In this document: piece by piece, positions 63,430 through 64,000 of the stretch
Layout of the letters: every line of letters begins with the position of its first letter
Position numbering within the stretch: position 1 is the first letter of the stretch
Assembly: GCF_963921235.1 (NCBI RefSeq)
Contig: NC_086097.1
Coordinates: 67,334,001-67,398,000 of the forward strand
Direction of reading: 5' to 3'
Source: Mobula hypostoma
Lineage: Eukaryota
Length of the DNA: 64,000 nucleotides
Position numbers and translations under genes: made by a program
Notes under the pieces: model-generated
Database searches by the model: none
What the model saw: the letters and a program-made list of their open reading frames with translations, nothing else
Told to the model about the DNA's origin: nothing

Positions 63430-63727
63430 AGGGAGAAGGAGTCAATTTTAGAAAACCTAGCCCATTTATTTTTCAACATAGTCCCCTCCTACATTTACAC
63501 ACTTAGTCCAGTGGTCATGGAGCAAACGGATCCCTTCTTTGTAGAAGTCGGTGTCTTGGACCTCCAGAAAGTGGTCCACAGCAGGGGTGATTGATACGTT
63601 TGTGGCCTAAGGTAGGAGATGAGTTATGCAGCTCTCATTAAAAGCATGTGCAGTTCAACTCTGAGTGATTATGCAGAAAGTTTGAAGTTAATAACTCATC
63701 TCCTTCTACCTTAGGCCACGAACTTAT
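63430..63727 (-). mobile_element. mariner-derived non-autonomous element
   Basis: The minus strand encodes the mariner C-terminus VGGDYVEK* (~63466..63492); inverted repeat 63594..63627 and 63691..63727. Confidence 0.7.
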
Positions 63728-63769
63728 GTATATACTTTTATTTTTTTTCCCAGTGAAGTACCTTTTAGG

Positions 63770-64000
63770 TAATTTGACAAGTGAGGTGGAAAATCTAGTC
63801 AGGTGGAAGAAGGCAGCATACATGAGGTTTAGGAAGGAAGGATCTGATGCGTCTATTGAGGAATTTAGGGTAGCAAGAAAGGAGCTTAAGAAGGGGCTGA
63901 GGAGAACAAGAAAGGCGCATGAGAAGGCCTTGGTGAGTAGGGTAAAGGAAAACCCCAAGGCATTCTTCAATTATGTGAAGAACAAAAGGATGACAGGAGT
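63770..64000 (+). mobile_element. Young CR1 of the same family as 15648..17477; runs off the window end
   Basis: ggtgagtagggtaaaggaaaaccccaaggcattcttcaattatgtgaag…ggatgacaggagt is nearly identical to 15646..15714. Confidence 0.9.

Overview
Vertebrate nuclear DNA. The repeat content (CR1 LINEs with HE1/V-SINE partners, L1, Rex1/Babar, Penelope-like elements with hammerhead motifs, Tc1/mariner, pogo/Tigger, hAT) points to a cartilaginous fish, most likely a ray; this is inference. I recognise no intact host gene. Most of the window is nested, mostly decayed transposable elements, several with readable target-site duplications (TSDs). The standout feature is a degraded endogenous foamy-virus-like (spumaretrovirus-like) provirus at about 28.7-32.7 kb. 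It has two diverged LTR ends, a tRNA-Lys(1,2)-type primer-binding site, a Gag capsid region that aligns by eye with prototype foamy virus Gag, and an RT fragment fused directly to the 3' LTR at a microhomology. Other notable structures are a 2.3 kb palindromic Penelope insertion with a 14-bp TSD and a stuttered junction, several minimal hammerhead ribozymes, an unexplained 137-bp inverted duplication, a Sola-like transposon relic with a repeated motif, and scattered plus-strand exon-like relics that may be a decayed multi-exon gene. All family assignments were made by eye from motifs; no database search was run.
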